Below are positions 30,822 to 40,862 of a stretch of DNA of 64,000 bases, in pieces. Position numbers and translations under genes: made by a program. Numbering within the stretch: the first letter of the stretch is position 1; every line of letters starts with the position of its first letter. Source of the stretch: Candidatus Omnitrophota bacterium. Lineage in GTDB: Bacteria; Omnitrophota; Gorgyraeia; Gygaellales; Profunditerraquicolaceae. The stretch covers positions 20,819 to 84,818 of the forward strand of contig JACQXK010000009.1 of assembly GCA_016208765.1 (NCBI GenBank). Direction: 5' to 3'. Below the pieces are notes generated by a model. That model had not been told where the DNA came from. It saw only the letters and a list, made by a program, of their open reading frames with translations, and ran no database searches.

Positions 30822-31445
30822 ATGGTTTGTTACTTAAAGAACTCTATAGCATTTTTTATATTAATTATTTTAACTCTTTGTTCTTCGCCTGCATCTCCCC
30901 AAGATTCCAATCCTTCCGCGGATAATAAGACCCCTTTAACAGAATCCATCTCTTCCGAAACAATTACAAAGGCAGTGGAAAAAGCAATTAAAGAAACCGA
31001 AGCTGAAAAAGAAAAGAAGAGTATTCAATTAAACGCACACCTAAGATCAAGGCTTGATCAGGCAATTAGCGAGTGGATCAGGCAAGCCAGGCAGATAAAA
31101 AGCAAGGACCTAAACAAATTATTGCACGAGAATTGGAAGAATATCGTTACGGTTACCCTGCCAATTCCCAATGATTATTATTTGCGCAGTTATGAATATT
31201 TTGTTATTAAAGAAGAATGCGTTAAAAGCGACTCCATTATTTCCCCTTATACGGCAGCCGTAGTAATCACAGAGAAACTTTATGTTGAAGGGTATCATTC
31301 ACCAGGCATAAGCAATGTTTCTCCCTACCTTTATACTATAGTCCGTCCAATTACAATAAATCTTAAATACAGCCAGGATGACTTTATTGTTACAAGTACT
31401 GAGTTTGGTCCCCTTGATATTTCCTCCGGCTGGGACAAGCAGTAA
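30822..31445 (+). CDS. Exported hypothetical protein
   Basis: 207-aa ORF with N-terminal signal peptide and Ser/Thr-rich linker. Confidence 0.65.
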   Translation: MVCYLKNSIAFFILIILTLCSSPASPQDSNPSADNKTPLTESISSETITKAVEKAIKETEAEKEKKSIQLNAHLRSRLDQAISEWIRQARQIKSKDLNKLLHENWKNIVTVTLPIPNDYYLRSYEYFVIKEECVKSDSIISPYTAAVVITEKLYVEGYHSPGISNVSPYLYTIVRPITINLKYSQDDFIVTSTEFGPLDISSGWDKQ

Positions 31446-31525
31446 TCCCGTGGCAATTGTCGCATCTCTTGTGGCAGGCTTAAGAAGATTGACAAGCAGG
31501 AATTAGATAGTAAAATGAAGTCGCT

Positions 31526-31762
31526 ATGAATAAAGCGGAAGTAATAAACAAAATTGAAGGATTTATTGCTTTGGAGAAGAAAGCGGAAAATGATTTTCTG
31601 CCGTTTCATTTACGCCTGCTTAATGATTCTTCTGTCTCTCAAGATAAAAAAACCCACTGTAAGCAGATCATTGATAAGCTTACCCAGGATTCTATTACAC
31701 ATGCAAAAATTTTAGAAGAACTGAGAGATTTGTTGATAAGGAGCGAAGAAGATGATTTCTAA
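31526..31762 (+). CDS. Small helical protein, ferritin-like half domain
   Basis: Two helices with E..E and DSxxH; upstream TTGACA-16-TAAAAT. Confidence 0.5.
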   Translation: MNKAEVINKIEGFIALEKKAENDFLPFHLRLLNDSSVSQDKKTHCKQIIDKLTQDSITHAKILEELRDLLIRSEEDDF

Positions 31763-31952
31763 TGAGCAATTGATAGAGCGCTTCAAATCAATACTTAAGT
31801 TTGAAGAAGATTTTAAAAATGAATATGAAGAATTCTTGGGGCGGTTGCATAACCAGGTAGCAATGGTTAAAATTAAACTTATCAGGGATTGGGAAATAGA
31901 GCATATTAATCTTGCCCAGGAGCTGTTGAGCATCGTTCAATATACAGATTAG
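31752..31952 (+). CDS. Small helical protein, ferritin-like half domain
   Basis: AGGAG RBS; KFEE...WEIEH (ExxH) pattern. Confidence 0.5.
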   Translation: MISNEQLIERFKSILKFEEDFKNEYEEFLGRLHNQVAMVKIKLIRDWEIEHINLAQELLSIVQYTD

Positions 31953-32059
31953 CTTTAGTAAATTTGATGAGCAAATTACCCATAAATGAGAAAAATCATC
32001 TGCTTGCCTTCCCTGTTTTCCCTTGAGCTGGGGTGGGATTATTATAACTTAGAGAATAA

Positions 32060-32710
32060 ATGATTATCAGCAAACAAAAACCATTTGAAGAGATTACCGC
32101 AATGCTGAAAGAATACCAAAAGGTATTTTTAGTAGGCTGCGGCGAATGCGCAACTACCTGTAAATCAGGGGGAGAGCCGGAATTGCAGGAGATAAAAAAA
32201 CAGCTTGAACGCGCAGGAAAGATTATTGTCGGAACGTGTATCCCTGAGGCTCCTTGTTTGGCAGGTAAGCTAAAGCAGGAGTTGGCAAAGAACGTAAAGG
32301 TTTTGCGCGAGGCTGAGGCAATCTTAGTTTTTGCCTGCGGATTAGGAGTGCAATCTGTAAAAAACAACGACCGGCTTGGGTTAAAGGTTTTGCCGGGCGT
32401 AAACACGGTTTTTGGGGCGGTAATGGATAGTAAGGGAAACTTCTTTGAAAGGTGTTCAATGTGCGGCGAGTGTGTTTTAGATGTCACAGAGGGGATTTGC
32501 CCGGTTACCTTGTGCGCCAAGGGTTTAATGAATGGCCCTTGCGGAGGCATGGATAAGGGTAAGTGTGAAGTAGATAAAGATAAAGATTGCGCATGGATTT
32601 TGATTTATAAAGAATTAGAAAAGAAGAAGAAAACAACTAAATTCAGGCAAGTTCTTCCACCCAGGGACCACAGAAAATCCGGGAAACCGCGTCAGTTGAT
32701 TATTAAGTAG
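32060..32710 (+). CDS. MetV-like (methylenetetrahydrofolate reductase C-terminal domain) Cys-rich protein
   Basis: GCGECAT.C..GG, ACGLGVQ, CSMCGEC, CPVTLCAKGLMNGPCGG, CAW. Confidence 0.85.
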   Translation: MIISKQKPFEEITAMLKEYQKVFLVGCGECATTCKSGGEPELQEIKKQLERAGKIIVGTCIPEAPCLAGKLKQELAKNVKVLREAEAILVFACGLGVQSVKNNDRLGLKVLPGVNTVFGAVMDSKGNFFERCSMCGECVLDVTEGICPVTLCAKGLMNGPCGGMDKGKCEVDKDKDCAWILIYKELEKKKKTTKFRQVLPPRDHRKSGKPRQLIIK

Positions 32711-32717
32711 TATATTT

Positions 32718-33308
32718 ATGTTAAAAAAGTTGAATTTAAGATTAAATCTAATAGCAAGCCCAAGATTGACAAAGGAGGAAATTCGTAGTAAAATCTTTGT
32801 TGAGTTAAAGAAACAAAGGGAGGACGAACGAAACCGAAAAAGCCGGCTTATTTACAAGAGGCTTTTTAGGACAAAAGCTTTTAGAGAAGCTAAAAATGTG
32901 ATGTTTTACATTGCTTTTGGTGGCGAGGTTAATACAGAAGAAATGATTAAAGAAGCCCGAAGATTAGGAAAAATAGTGACAGTGCCAGTATGTAGAGAAA
33001 ATAGAGTAACAATGATGCCATGTATATTAGACGAACACGCGACACTCAAAAAAGGGCCTTACGGGGTCCGCGAACCGGCCTTAAAAAAACATACTTCTTT
33101 GCGCGATTTAGACTTGGTGATTGTGCCGGGGTTGGCCTTTGATAAAAAAGGCAACCGTTTAGGCCGCGGTAAGGGTTGTTATGACCGTTTTTTGAGCAAG
33201 CTTTCCGAACATACGCATTCCATTGGCCTGGCTTTCGGTTTTCAAATCTTACCTTCTGTCCCCACCACCGAACATGATGTAACCGTCAAGAGAGTTATTT
33301 TCGCTTAA
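32718..33308 (+). CDS. ygfA: 5-formyltetrahydrofolate cyclo-ligase
   Basis: IVPGLAFD, RLGRGKGCYDRFL, HD. Confidence 0.92.
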   Translation: MLKKLNLRLNLIASPRLTKEEIRSKIFVELKKQREDERNRKSRLIYKRLFRTKAFREAKNVMFYIAFGGEVNTEEMIKEARRLGKIVTVPVCRENRVTMMPCILDEHATLKKGPYGVREPALKKHTSLRDLDLVIVPGLAFDKKGNRLGRGKGCYDRFLSKLSEHTHSIGLAFGFQILPSVPTTEHDVTVKRVIFA

Positions 33309-33435
33309 TCACTGAAATAACAAAACGAGTTATCTTAATTTCGCTTTTTGCGCAATTGGGACTCTGCCCTGTAAGATAAAATCCCGGGGATAGGGTTTAT
33401 TCAGTGTTTTAAGTGCATCAGAGGAGGAAAGCCAG

Positions 33436-34992
33436 ATGTTAGTCAATATAATTATTTTCTTAGTTGGAATTTTGGTTGCATTAGGAGCAGGGTATTTTTT
33501 AAGAAAGATCATTGCAGAAAAGAAGATTCAGGCAGCTGAGTCGCAGGCGCATCATATAATTGAGCAGGCGAAAAAAGAAGCCCAGGATCGCCGTAGAGAA
33601 ATAGAGCTTGAGGCAAAGGATTTGCTTTACCGCATGCGGCAGGATTTTGAGCGGGAAACCAAGGACAGAAGGCTTGAGATATCAAATCTTGAAAAACGCC
33701 TGACACAAAAAGAAGAAAACATTGATAGGAGGTTAAATCTTTTAGAAGGAAAGGAAAAGGAAATTGAGCAAAAGCAGGAGAATGCCAGGAAGCAGGAAGA
33801 GGCATTAAAATTAAAAGATGCTCAGTTGCATCAGCTGATTGCCGAGGAAAAAGAAAGGCTGCAAAAAATCGCTTCTCTTTCGGCGGAAGAAGCAAAACAG
33901 ATCTTATTGAGCCGTTTAAGCGAAGAACTAAATGCCGAGAAGGCAGTGTTAATTAAGCGCCAGGAAGAGGAATTGCGCGCTGCCGCAGACAAAAAATCAA
34001 GAGAAATAATAAGCCTTGCTATTGAAAAATGTGCCGCAGAGCATGCGGTGGAGTCTACTGTAAGCGTTGTTACATTGCCGAGCGATGAAATGAAAGGCAG
34101 GGTGATCGGCCGCGAAGGAAGGAATATCCGCGCCCTTGAGATGGCCACTGGAGTAGATGTAATTATTGACGATACCCCTGAGGCAGTAACCCTGTCTGCT
34201 TTTGATACGGTGCGCAGGGAAATAGCGCGGCTGAGCCTTGAAAAGCTGCTTGCCGACGGCAGAATTCATCCGGGAAGAATTGAAGAAATTGTGGAAAAAA
34301 CAAAAAAAGAAATGGATGAAAAGATCCGCGAAGAAGGCGAACGCGCTGCCTTTGAAGCAGGTGTAAATAATCTGCACCCTGAATTAATTAAGTTGCTCGG
34401 CCGTTTAAAATACCGCACCAGTTTCGGCCAGAATGCCCTGCAGCATTCTAAAGAGGTTTCTTTTATTTTAGGGACGATTGCCTCGGAGATAGGGCTTGAT
34501 TTTAAACTGGGCAGGCGTATTGGGTTGTTGCATGATATTGGAAAGGCAGTAGACCATCAGATAGAAGGGACCCACGCTAAAATCGGCGCTGATCTTGCCA
34601 GGAAATACAACGAGTCTCCGGAGGTGGTAGGAGCAATTGAGGCGCATCATGAAGAGACCCAGCCGCAAAGTTTGTATGCGGTTTTGGCCATTGCCGCTGA
34701 TGCAATTAGCGCTGCCCGACCGGGTGCCAGGCGCGAGACCCTTGAAACATATGTCAAGCGTCTAGAGAAGCTTGAGTCAATCGCCAATGTTTTTAAAGGA
34801 GTTGAGAAATCTTTTGCAATACAGGCAGGTAGAGAAATACGCGTAATTGTCCAGCCGGAAAAAATCAGCGATGCAGACTCTATAGCAATGGCGCGGGATA
34901 TCCGCAAGAAAATAGAAGAAGGCATGGAGTATCCGGGGCAGATCAAGGTGACGGTAATCAGGGAAACAAGAGCGATAGAATACGCGAAATAG
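33436..34992 (+). CDS. rny: Ribonuclease Y
   Basis: N-terminal TM, coiled coil, KH ([12 protein letters not shown]), HD domain (LLHDIGK). Confidence 0.97.
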   Translation: MLVNIIIFLVGILVALGAGYFLRKIIAEKKIQAAESQAHHIIEQAKKEAQDRRREIELEAKDLLYRMRQDFERETKDRRLEISNLEKRLTQKEENIDRRLNLLEGKEKEIEQKQENARKQEEALKLKDAQLHQLIAEEKERLQKIASLSAEEAKQILLSRLSEELNAEKAVLIKRQEEELRAAADKKSREIISLAIEKCAAEHAVESTVSVVTLPSDEMKGRVIGREGRNIRALEMATGVDVIIDDTPEAVTLSAFDTVRREIARLSLEKLLADGRIHPGRIEEIVEKTKKEMDEKIREEGERAAFEAGVNNLHPELIKLLGRLKYRTSFGQNALQHSKEVSFILGTIASEIGLDFKLGRRIGLLHDIGKAVDHQIEGTHAKIGADLARKYNESPEVVGAIEAHHEETQPQSLYAVLAIAADAISAARPGARRETLETYVKRLEKLESIANVFKGVEKSFAIQAGREIRVIVQPEKISDADSIAMARDIRKKIEEGMEYPGQIKVTVIRETRAIEYAK

Positions 34993-35050
34993 CATAGGGC
35001 TTATCGTAAATCGCATATCGTTTTTAGATAAGCGATACGCGCAAACAAAT

Positions 35051-35842
35051 ATGAAAATATTATTTATTGGGGACATAGTTGGCAGCCCGGGGAGGAATGC
35101 GGTTAAGGTTTTACTCCCGCAGTTAAAAAAAGAGCATGGGCTTGATTTTGTAGTGGCTAATGCTGAAAACGCATCCGGAGGATCAGGCATTACTGTGTCA
35201 GTGGCGCAGGATTTATTTGAGTCAGGAGTGGATGTTTTAACTTCAGGTGATCATATCTGGAAGAAACGCGAGATATTTGAATTGATTACTCAGGAGGAAA
35301 GAATATTACGGCCGCTCAACTATCCCAAGGGCGCTCCCGGAAGAGGGCATAATGTTTATAAAACCAAAAATGATTTAAAGGTGGGTGTTGTTAATGTGAA
35401 CGGCCGGGTTTTTATGGATGCTTTGGATTGCCCGTTTAAGGGGACTCTTGAGGCAGTCAGTGAAATCGCGAAAGAAACAAAAATAATCCTTGTAGATATT
35501 CATGCGGAAGCAACTTCAGAAAAGGTGGCTATGGGCTGGTATTTAGATGGCAAGGTTTCAGCTGTCTTAGGAACGCATACGCATATTCAGACCGCCGACG
35601 ATAAAATCCTGCCGCAAGGCTCGGCATACCTGACTGATTTGGGAATGACCGGCCCGTATGATTCTGTGATAGGCAGAAGAGTTGAGGATGTTTTAGAAAG
35701 GTTTCTTACCGCAATACCTGTGCGTTTTGAGGTGGCCGAGGAAAATGTGCAACTCTGCGGAGCTGTTTTGGATATTGATGAAATAACCGGCAAAGCGAAT
35801 TCAATTATCAGGATACAGAGAAAACTTCAGAGCGATGTTTAA
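35051..35842 (+). CDS. ymdB: YmdB/TIGR00282 metallophosphoesterase
   Basis: GDIVG, NAENA, DIHAEATSEK, GTHTH, GMTGP; follows rny. Confidence 0.93.
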   Translation: MKILFIGDIVGSPGRNAVKVLLPQLKKEHGLDFVVANAENASGGSGITVSVAQDLFESGVDVLTSGDHIWKKREIFELITQEERILRPLNYPKGAPGRGHNVYKTKNDLKVGVVNVNGRVFMDALDCPFKGTLEAVSEIAKETKIILVDIHAEATSEKVAMGWYLDGKVSAVLGTHTHIQTADDKILPQGSAYLTDLGMTGPYDSVIGRRVEDVLERFLTAIPVRFEVAEENVQLCGAVLDIDEITGKANSIIRIQRKLQSDV

Positions 35843-37565
35843 AATAAGCAGAAAATTATATATTGTTTGTTTTATTTTGGTTGTGGCTTGCAGCCTGCTG
35901 CCTGTTTTAGGCAGGGTCACTGCCCAGGATTCTGAATTAGAGTTTACTCTTGATGCCAATTCTCCAACCGTTGTGTTGCCAAAGGTTTTTAGCCCGAACA
36001 TGGATCTGAGCGGCAGGGGTTTTAGCCGCGATGGAGTCTGGCCGCAATCCCTGGCTGCGAAAGAAGTGATTGAGCGCTGGCAGAAGGAAATCGGTTTTTC
36101 AGGTTTTTACCGTCTGCAATACAGCCTTTGGGAGATCAGCCAGCTGGATAAAAACAAAGATGAGCAGAAGAAGCTGCTTGCTAATTATGACGATTTGATT
36201 AAGAAAATCAGCGATGCCGGAGGCGTAGTAATTGTTAATATTTTCGGGACCCCTGTTGGTTCAGGAGCAGTTCTTGATAAGCGGAGCCCGCCACAGGATT
36301 TATCGGTATTTAAACAGGCGTTAAAGAATACCATCCGTGAATTAAGCTGCAACAAAAAATATAATGTTTGGTATGAAATCTGGAATGCCCCGGATTTGGA
36401 TGATTTTTTCCTGGGCAAGGCCCAGGAGTATCTTAATCTTTACCGTGCAGCAGCACAGGTCATTAAAGAGCTTGAGCAGGAGAGCAAGATACAAATCCCC
36501 ATCGGCGGACCCAGCACAAGCTGGTGGTTCCAGAATATGGACGGTAATACTATTGTTAACCCTGAAAGAAGCCTGGTTTATGAGTTGATCAAATATTGTT
36601 ATCGTTACCGGTTGCCGCTTGATTTTATTTCCTGGCACGCTTATTCTACTGACCCAAGAGCGGATAAGGCCCTTACCATTTATAAAAAGGATGCGGTTAC
36701 ATTAATCCGCGACTGGTTGTCATATTTCAAGTTTGAACGCAATACTCCATTGATCATTGATGAATGGAATTTTGACCGAAATGTAAATGTCTCTGAAGAG
36801 AGAAAAGACAAGGCTAATATTTGCGCAAGTTTTATACCGGCAAGGCTTAAAGGCATGTTTGAACAGGGCATTGATAACCAGGTTTATTTCTGTCTTGAGG
36901 ATTTCCAGGCAAATAAGGATAATGTTACAAGGAATACCGGCGTTTTTTCTTTTGACCAGGAGTATAAAGAATACCGCGGTAGCGCTAAATCAATTTATAA
37001 TGCTTTTAGGATGCTTTCTTGTCTTGGCAAAGAATTGTATACCGCTAAGCTCAACGATGATTTTATCGGGATAATCGCGACTAAAGGGACAGACAGTTTT
37101 GTTATTTTGGCGTATAATTATATTGACCCGGATATTGCGATAAACTTTCTTTCTCGTAACATTGGCATATTGACGGCTGGCGAGAAAAAGTTTATCATAA
37201 AGTCTGTTCATTCCGATATGTTAATGAATATTCTCTCCGGCAAACAGGTAATAGCTGGTTTGCGTACCACTAAGCGCGTGAAAGAACTTATGTCCAAGGC
37301 AAAGGAAAAATATCTTGATGCGCGTAAGTTTGATTCAGGGTTTCGTAATTTAAAATTAGGTATAAAGAATCTTAAAGACAACTATCTTTATGAGAGGTAC
37401 GTGATTGATTCTTCTTGCCATGCCGATTGTGATTTTTCTGTGATGGAAACAAAGGAGATCCAGGGGAATCTTTTATATGAAGAAGCCTTAAGCCTGAGCC
37501 CTTATTCAGTGCAAATGATAATCTTGAAGAAAAAAATACCATTACCAGAAGATGCAAAACAATAA
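35835..37565 (+). CDS. Exported GH39-like (clan GH-A) glycoside hydrolase homologue
   Basis: Signal peptide; YEIWNAPD, IGGP, PLDFISWHAY, IIDEWN. Confidence 0.65.
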   Translation: MFKISRKLYIVCFILVVACSLLPVLGRVTAQDSELEFTLDANSPTVVLPKVFSPNMDLSGRGFSRDGVWPQSLAAKEVIERWQKEIGFSGFYRLQYSLWEISQLDKNKDEQKKLLANYDDLIKKISDAGGVVIVNIFGTPVGSGAVLDKRSPPQDLSVFKQALKNTIRELSCNKKYNVWYEIWNAPDLDDFFLGKAQEYLNLYRAAAQVIKELEQESKIQIPIGGPSTSWWFQNMDGNTIVNPERSLVYELIKYCYRYRLPLDFISWHAYSTDPRADKALTIYKKDAVTLIRDWLSYFKFERNTPLIIDEWNFDRNVNVSEERKDKANICASFIPARLKGMFEQGIDNQVYFCLEDFQANKDNVTRNTGVFSFDQEYKEYRGSAKSIYNAFRMLSCLGKELYTAKLNDDFIGIIATKGTDSFVILAYNYIDPDIAINFLSRNIGILTAGEKKFIIKSVHSDMLMNILSGKQVIAGLRTTKRVKELMSKAKEKYLDARKFDSGFRNLKLGIKNLKDNYLYERYVIDSSCHADCDFSVMETKEIQGNLLYEEALSLSPYSVQMIILKKKIPLPEDAKQ

Positions 37566-38772
37566 CCAATCCCTGTCAAAAAATATTTATACTGTTTCTG
37601 AGATCACCCGGGATATAAAATTAATTTTGGAGAATACTTTTGGCCAAGTCTGGGTAGAAGGAGAAATTTCTAATTTCCGTCCGGCAAGTTCAGGGCATTT
37701 TTATCTGACACTTAAAGATGAGCAGGCAATTATTTCTGCGGCAATGTTCCGGGGGGCAAACAGGGATTTAAAGTTTGGCCTTGAAGACGGGCTGAAAGTA
37801 ATCTGTTTTGGAAAGATTGACGTCTATGCGCCGCGAGGGCAATATCAGCTGATCATTGAACGTATTGAGCCAAAGGGGATAGGCGCCCAACAGTTGGCCT
37901 TTGAACAGCTAAAAAACAAATTAGCCAAAGAAGGGATGTTTGATCCCAACCATAAAAAAGAGCTTCCCCTGATGCCTTTCTGCGCGGGGATTGTTACCTC
38001 GTCGGCAGGAGCAGCGGTCAGGGATATTTTGCAGATTTTAAAAAAAGGCGCTCCGGGAGTGGATGTATTGATCCGGTCTGTGCGCGTGCAGGGAGAAACG
38101 AGCGCTAAAGAAATTGCCCTGGGGATCCAGGAGCTGAATGAATTTGGGAAAGCCGATGTCATTATTGTAAGCCGCGGTGGGGGCAGCACCGAGGACCTTT
38201 GGTCATTTAATGAAGAAGTTGTAGTGAGAGCGATTTATAATTCAAAGATCCCGGTAATTTCTGCAGTAGGGCATCAGATCAACCAGACGCTTTCTGATTT
38301 AGTGGCGGATTATTTTGTAGAGACTCCTTCTGCCGCCGCAAAAATCATTGTGGATAAGAAAAACTCTTTGCTTTCTGAAATTGACAGTTTAAGGCACGAA
38401 TTAGGATTTGCGGTTTCAGAGATCCTGAACCGTTTGAGCCATAATTTTGTGGCCCTGCGCCACATGCTAAAAAGCCCCATGGACAGGCTTCTTGAAAAGG
38501 GGCAATTCTTAGACGAACTAAATAGCAGTTTGACCAATAATATGCGGCATTGTTTAAATATGACGCAGTTAACGGTAGGGTCTTTAATTAAAAGGCTTGA
38601 TACGTTAAGCCCTTTATCGGTTTTGTCCCGCGGGTATAGTTTGTCCACTTTCGTTTCTACGGGAGAGATTGTTGATAGCTCAGAGAAATTAAAACCCGGG
38701 GACATTGTAAAAACAGTATTAAATAAAGGCGCGTTTATAAGCTCTGTGCAGGAGGTAATTAAAAATGGCTAA
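37552..38772 (+). CDS. xseA: Exodeoxyribonuclease VII large subunit
   Basis: VWVEGEISN, SGHFY, RGGGS.EDLWSFNEE, TPSAAA, LSRGYS. Confidence 0.96.
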   Translation: MQNNNQSLSKNIYTVSEITRDIKLILENTFGQVWVEGEISNFRPASSGHFYLTLKDEQAIISAAMFRGANRDLKFGLEDGLKVICFGKIDVYAPRGQYQLIIERIEPKGIGAQQLAFEQLKNKLAKEGMFDPNHKKELPLMPFCAGIVTSSAGAAVRDILQILKKGAPGVDVLIRSVRVQGETSAKEIALGIQELNEFGKADVIIVSRGGGSTEDLWSFNEEVVVRAIYNSKIPVISAVGHQINQTLSDLVADYFVETPSAAAKIIVDKKNSLLSEIDSLRHELGFAVSEILNRLSHNFVALRHMLKSPMDRLLEKGQFLDELNSSLTNNMRHCLNMTQLTVGSLIKRLDTLSPLSVLSRGYSLSTFVSTGEIVDSSEKLKPGDIVKTVLNKGAFISSVQEVIKNG

Positions 38773-39007
38773 AGAAAAACAATCTTTTGAAGAAGATCTA
38801 AAGAGGCTGCAGAAAATAGTTGAAGAATTGTCCGGCGGAAAGCTTGCCTTGGGGGAATCTTTGAAAAAATACGAAGAGGGAGTGAAGCTTGCGCAAAGCT
38901 GCAGCGTCACTTTAAACGACGCCCAGCGAAAAGTGGAATTGTTAATGAAAAATAACGGGAAATATAGCCTGGATAAATTTGAAGATACGGATTCTAAGGA
39001 AGAATAA
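38765..39007 (+). CDS. xseB: Exodeoxyribonuclease VII small subunit
   Basis: SFEE.L.RL..IV..L, YEEG.KL. Confidence 0.93.
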   Translation: MAKEKQSFEEDLKRLQKIVEELSGGKLALGESLKKYEEGVKLAQSCSVTLNDAQRKVELLMKNNGKYSLDKFEDTDSKEE

Positions 39008-40848
39008 TGCTGCTTGAGAAAATTAATTCACCCGCTGATTTAAAGAAATTACCGCTTTCGCAGTTGCCTCTTTTGGCCCAGGAAATACGCCAGAGGATAA
39101 TAGAGGTTGTTTCTTCATCCGGCGGGCATATTGCATCAAGCTTAGGGGCGGTGGAATTGATCATTGCCCTTCACTATTGTTTAAATGCGCCTCAGGATAA
39201 AATTATTTTTGATGTCGGGCACCAGGCTTATGCGCATAAAATTTTGACAGGAAGAAATAAAAATTTTTCAACCCTGCGCCAGTTCGGCGGGATCAGCGGG
39301 TTTCCTTCCAGGGATGAGTCGGAATACGATTGTTTTACTACCGGCCATAGTTCAAATGCAGTCTCTTTGGCTATGGGGCTGGTTTGCGCGCGTGATTATA
39401 ATCTGGAGCAATACAGGGTTGCTGCGGTAATTGGAGACGGTTCTTTGAGCGGCGGGCCCTGTTTTGAGGGTTTGAATAATGCGGGTCATCTAAAAAAAGA
39501 TGTATTGATTGTTCTAAACACAAATGAATTAAGCATTGCTCCGAATGTGGGGGCTATTAGCACATATCTGAATAAATTAATTTCTCTTCCTGTATATAAC
39601 CGTTTTAAGGCATCCCTTGAGAGCTTTGCCACTCAGCGCCTTCCGCGCGGGAGCCGCTTGGTAAAACTGGCGAATAAATTTGAAGAAGGCTTAAAGGGTT
39701 TGTTTGTCCCGGGGATGCTGTTTGAAGAATTAGGCTTTCGTTACTTCGGGCCTTTTGACGGCAATGATGTGGAGTTGTTAATTAACAGGCTGAAGAATAT
39801 TTTAACTATTCGCGCTCCGTTATTGGTGCATGTTATAACTAAAAAAGGAAAAGGTTATCTGCCTTCAGAGAACGAGCCGGTCAAGTTTCACGGGATAAGC
39901 CCGTTTGAGATTGAGACAGGGGATGCTTTAGCGGCAAAGAAAATAGAGACATATACCGATGTTTTTGGCAAAGAGATGGTTAGCCTTGGTGCAAAAAGAA
40001 AAGAGCTTGTTGCGATTACCGCAGCCATGCCTGAAGGAACGGGGTTGGATAAATTCCGAGATGCTTACCCAAAAAGATTCTTTGATGTCGGGATTGCCGA
40101 GGCGCATGCCGTGTCTTTTGCAGCAGGCCTGGCAAGGTCCGGGCTTGTGCCGGTAGTTGCGGTATATTCCACTTTTTTGCAGCGCGCCTATGATCAAATT
40201 GTTGAGGATGTTTGTTTGCAGAATTTAGCCGTGGTTTTGGCCGTTGACCGTGCAGGGATCGTCGGAGAGGACGGGATAACGCATCAGGGTATATTTGACA
40301 TTGCTTTTTTAAGGCATATTCCTAACTTGGTACTGATGGCCCCTAAAGATGCTGATGAATTCAGGGCAATGCTTGAATTTGCGCTAAACTTGAAAAAGCC
40401 GGTTGCAATCAGGTATCCAAGGTCAGCTTGTCCTGCAGCAAGCAGCCCAATTCCCGGGATTGAGCTTGGTAAGCCGGAAATTATCAAAAAAGGAAAAGAT
40501 TTTGCTATAATTGCCTTAGGGAGCATGGTTGAACAGGCGGCTCAGGCAATTATGATTTTGGAGAAGTCTGACTTAAAAGGGGCTCTAATAAACGCGCGTT
40601 TTGTCAAACCGTTAGATAAAACAATCCTTCAGGGTATTGCAAGAGAATATAAATATGTTTTTACAATTGAAGAGGGAGTTTTAGACGCAGGGTTTGGTTC
40701 TGCTGTTGAAGAGGTTTTAGAAAAAACAGTTACAAGGATTGGTCTGCCGTCAGAATTTGTTGTGCATGGAAAAAGAAATTTGCTTTTAGAGAAATACGGG
40801 TTAACTGCAAACGGAATTGTAAATAAAATAAAAGAGGTTGTTCATTAA
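39007..40848 (+). CDS. dxs: 1-deoxy-D-xylulose-5-phosphate synthase
   Basis: GGHIASSLG, DVGHQAY, IGDGS, DVGIAE, YSTFLQRAYDQ. Confidence 0.96.
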   Translation: MLLEKINSPADLKKLPLSQLPLLAQEIRQRIIEVVSSSGGHIASSLGAVELIIALHYCLNAPQDKIIFDVGHQAYAHKILTGRNKNFSTLRQFGGISGFPSRDESEYDCFTTGHSSNAVSLAMGLVCARDYNLEQYRVAAVIGDGSLSGGPCFEGLNNAGHLKKDVLIVLNTNELSIAPNVGAISTYLNKLISLPVYNRFKASLESFATQRLPRGSRLVKLANKFEEGLKGLFVPGMLFEELGFRYFGPFDGNDVELLINRLKNILTIRAPLLVHVITKKGKGYLPSENEPVKFHGISPFEIETGDALAAKKIETYTDVFGKEMVSLGAKRKELVAITAAMPEGTGLDKFRDAYPKRFFDVGIAEAHAVSFAAGLARSGLVPVVAVYSTFLQRAYDQIVEDVCLQNLAVVLAVDRAGIVGEDGITHQGIFDIAFLRHIPNLVLMAPKDADEFRAMLEFALNLKKPVAIRYPRSACPAASSPIPGIELGKPEIIKKGKDFAIIALGSMVEQAAQAIMILEKSDLKGALINARFVKPLDKTILQGIAREYKYVFTIEEGVLDAGFGSAVEEVLEKTVTRIGLPSEFVVHGKRNLLLEKYGLTANGIVNKIKEVVH

Positions 40849-40862
40849 AAATTATTGAAAAA

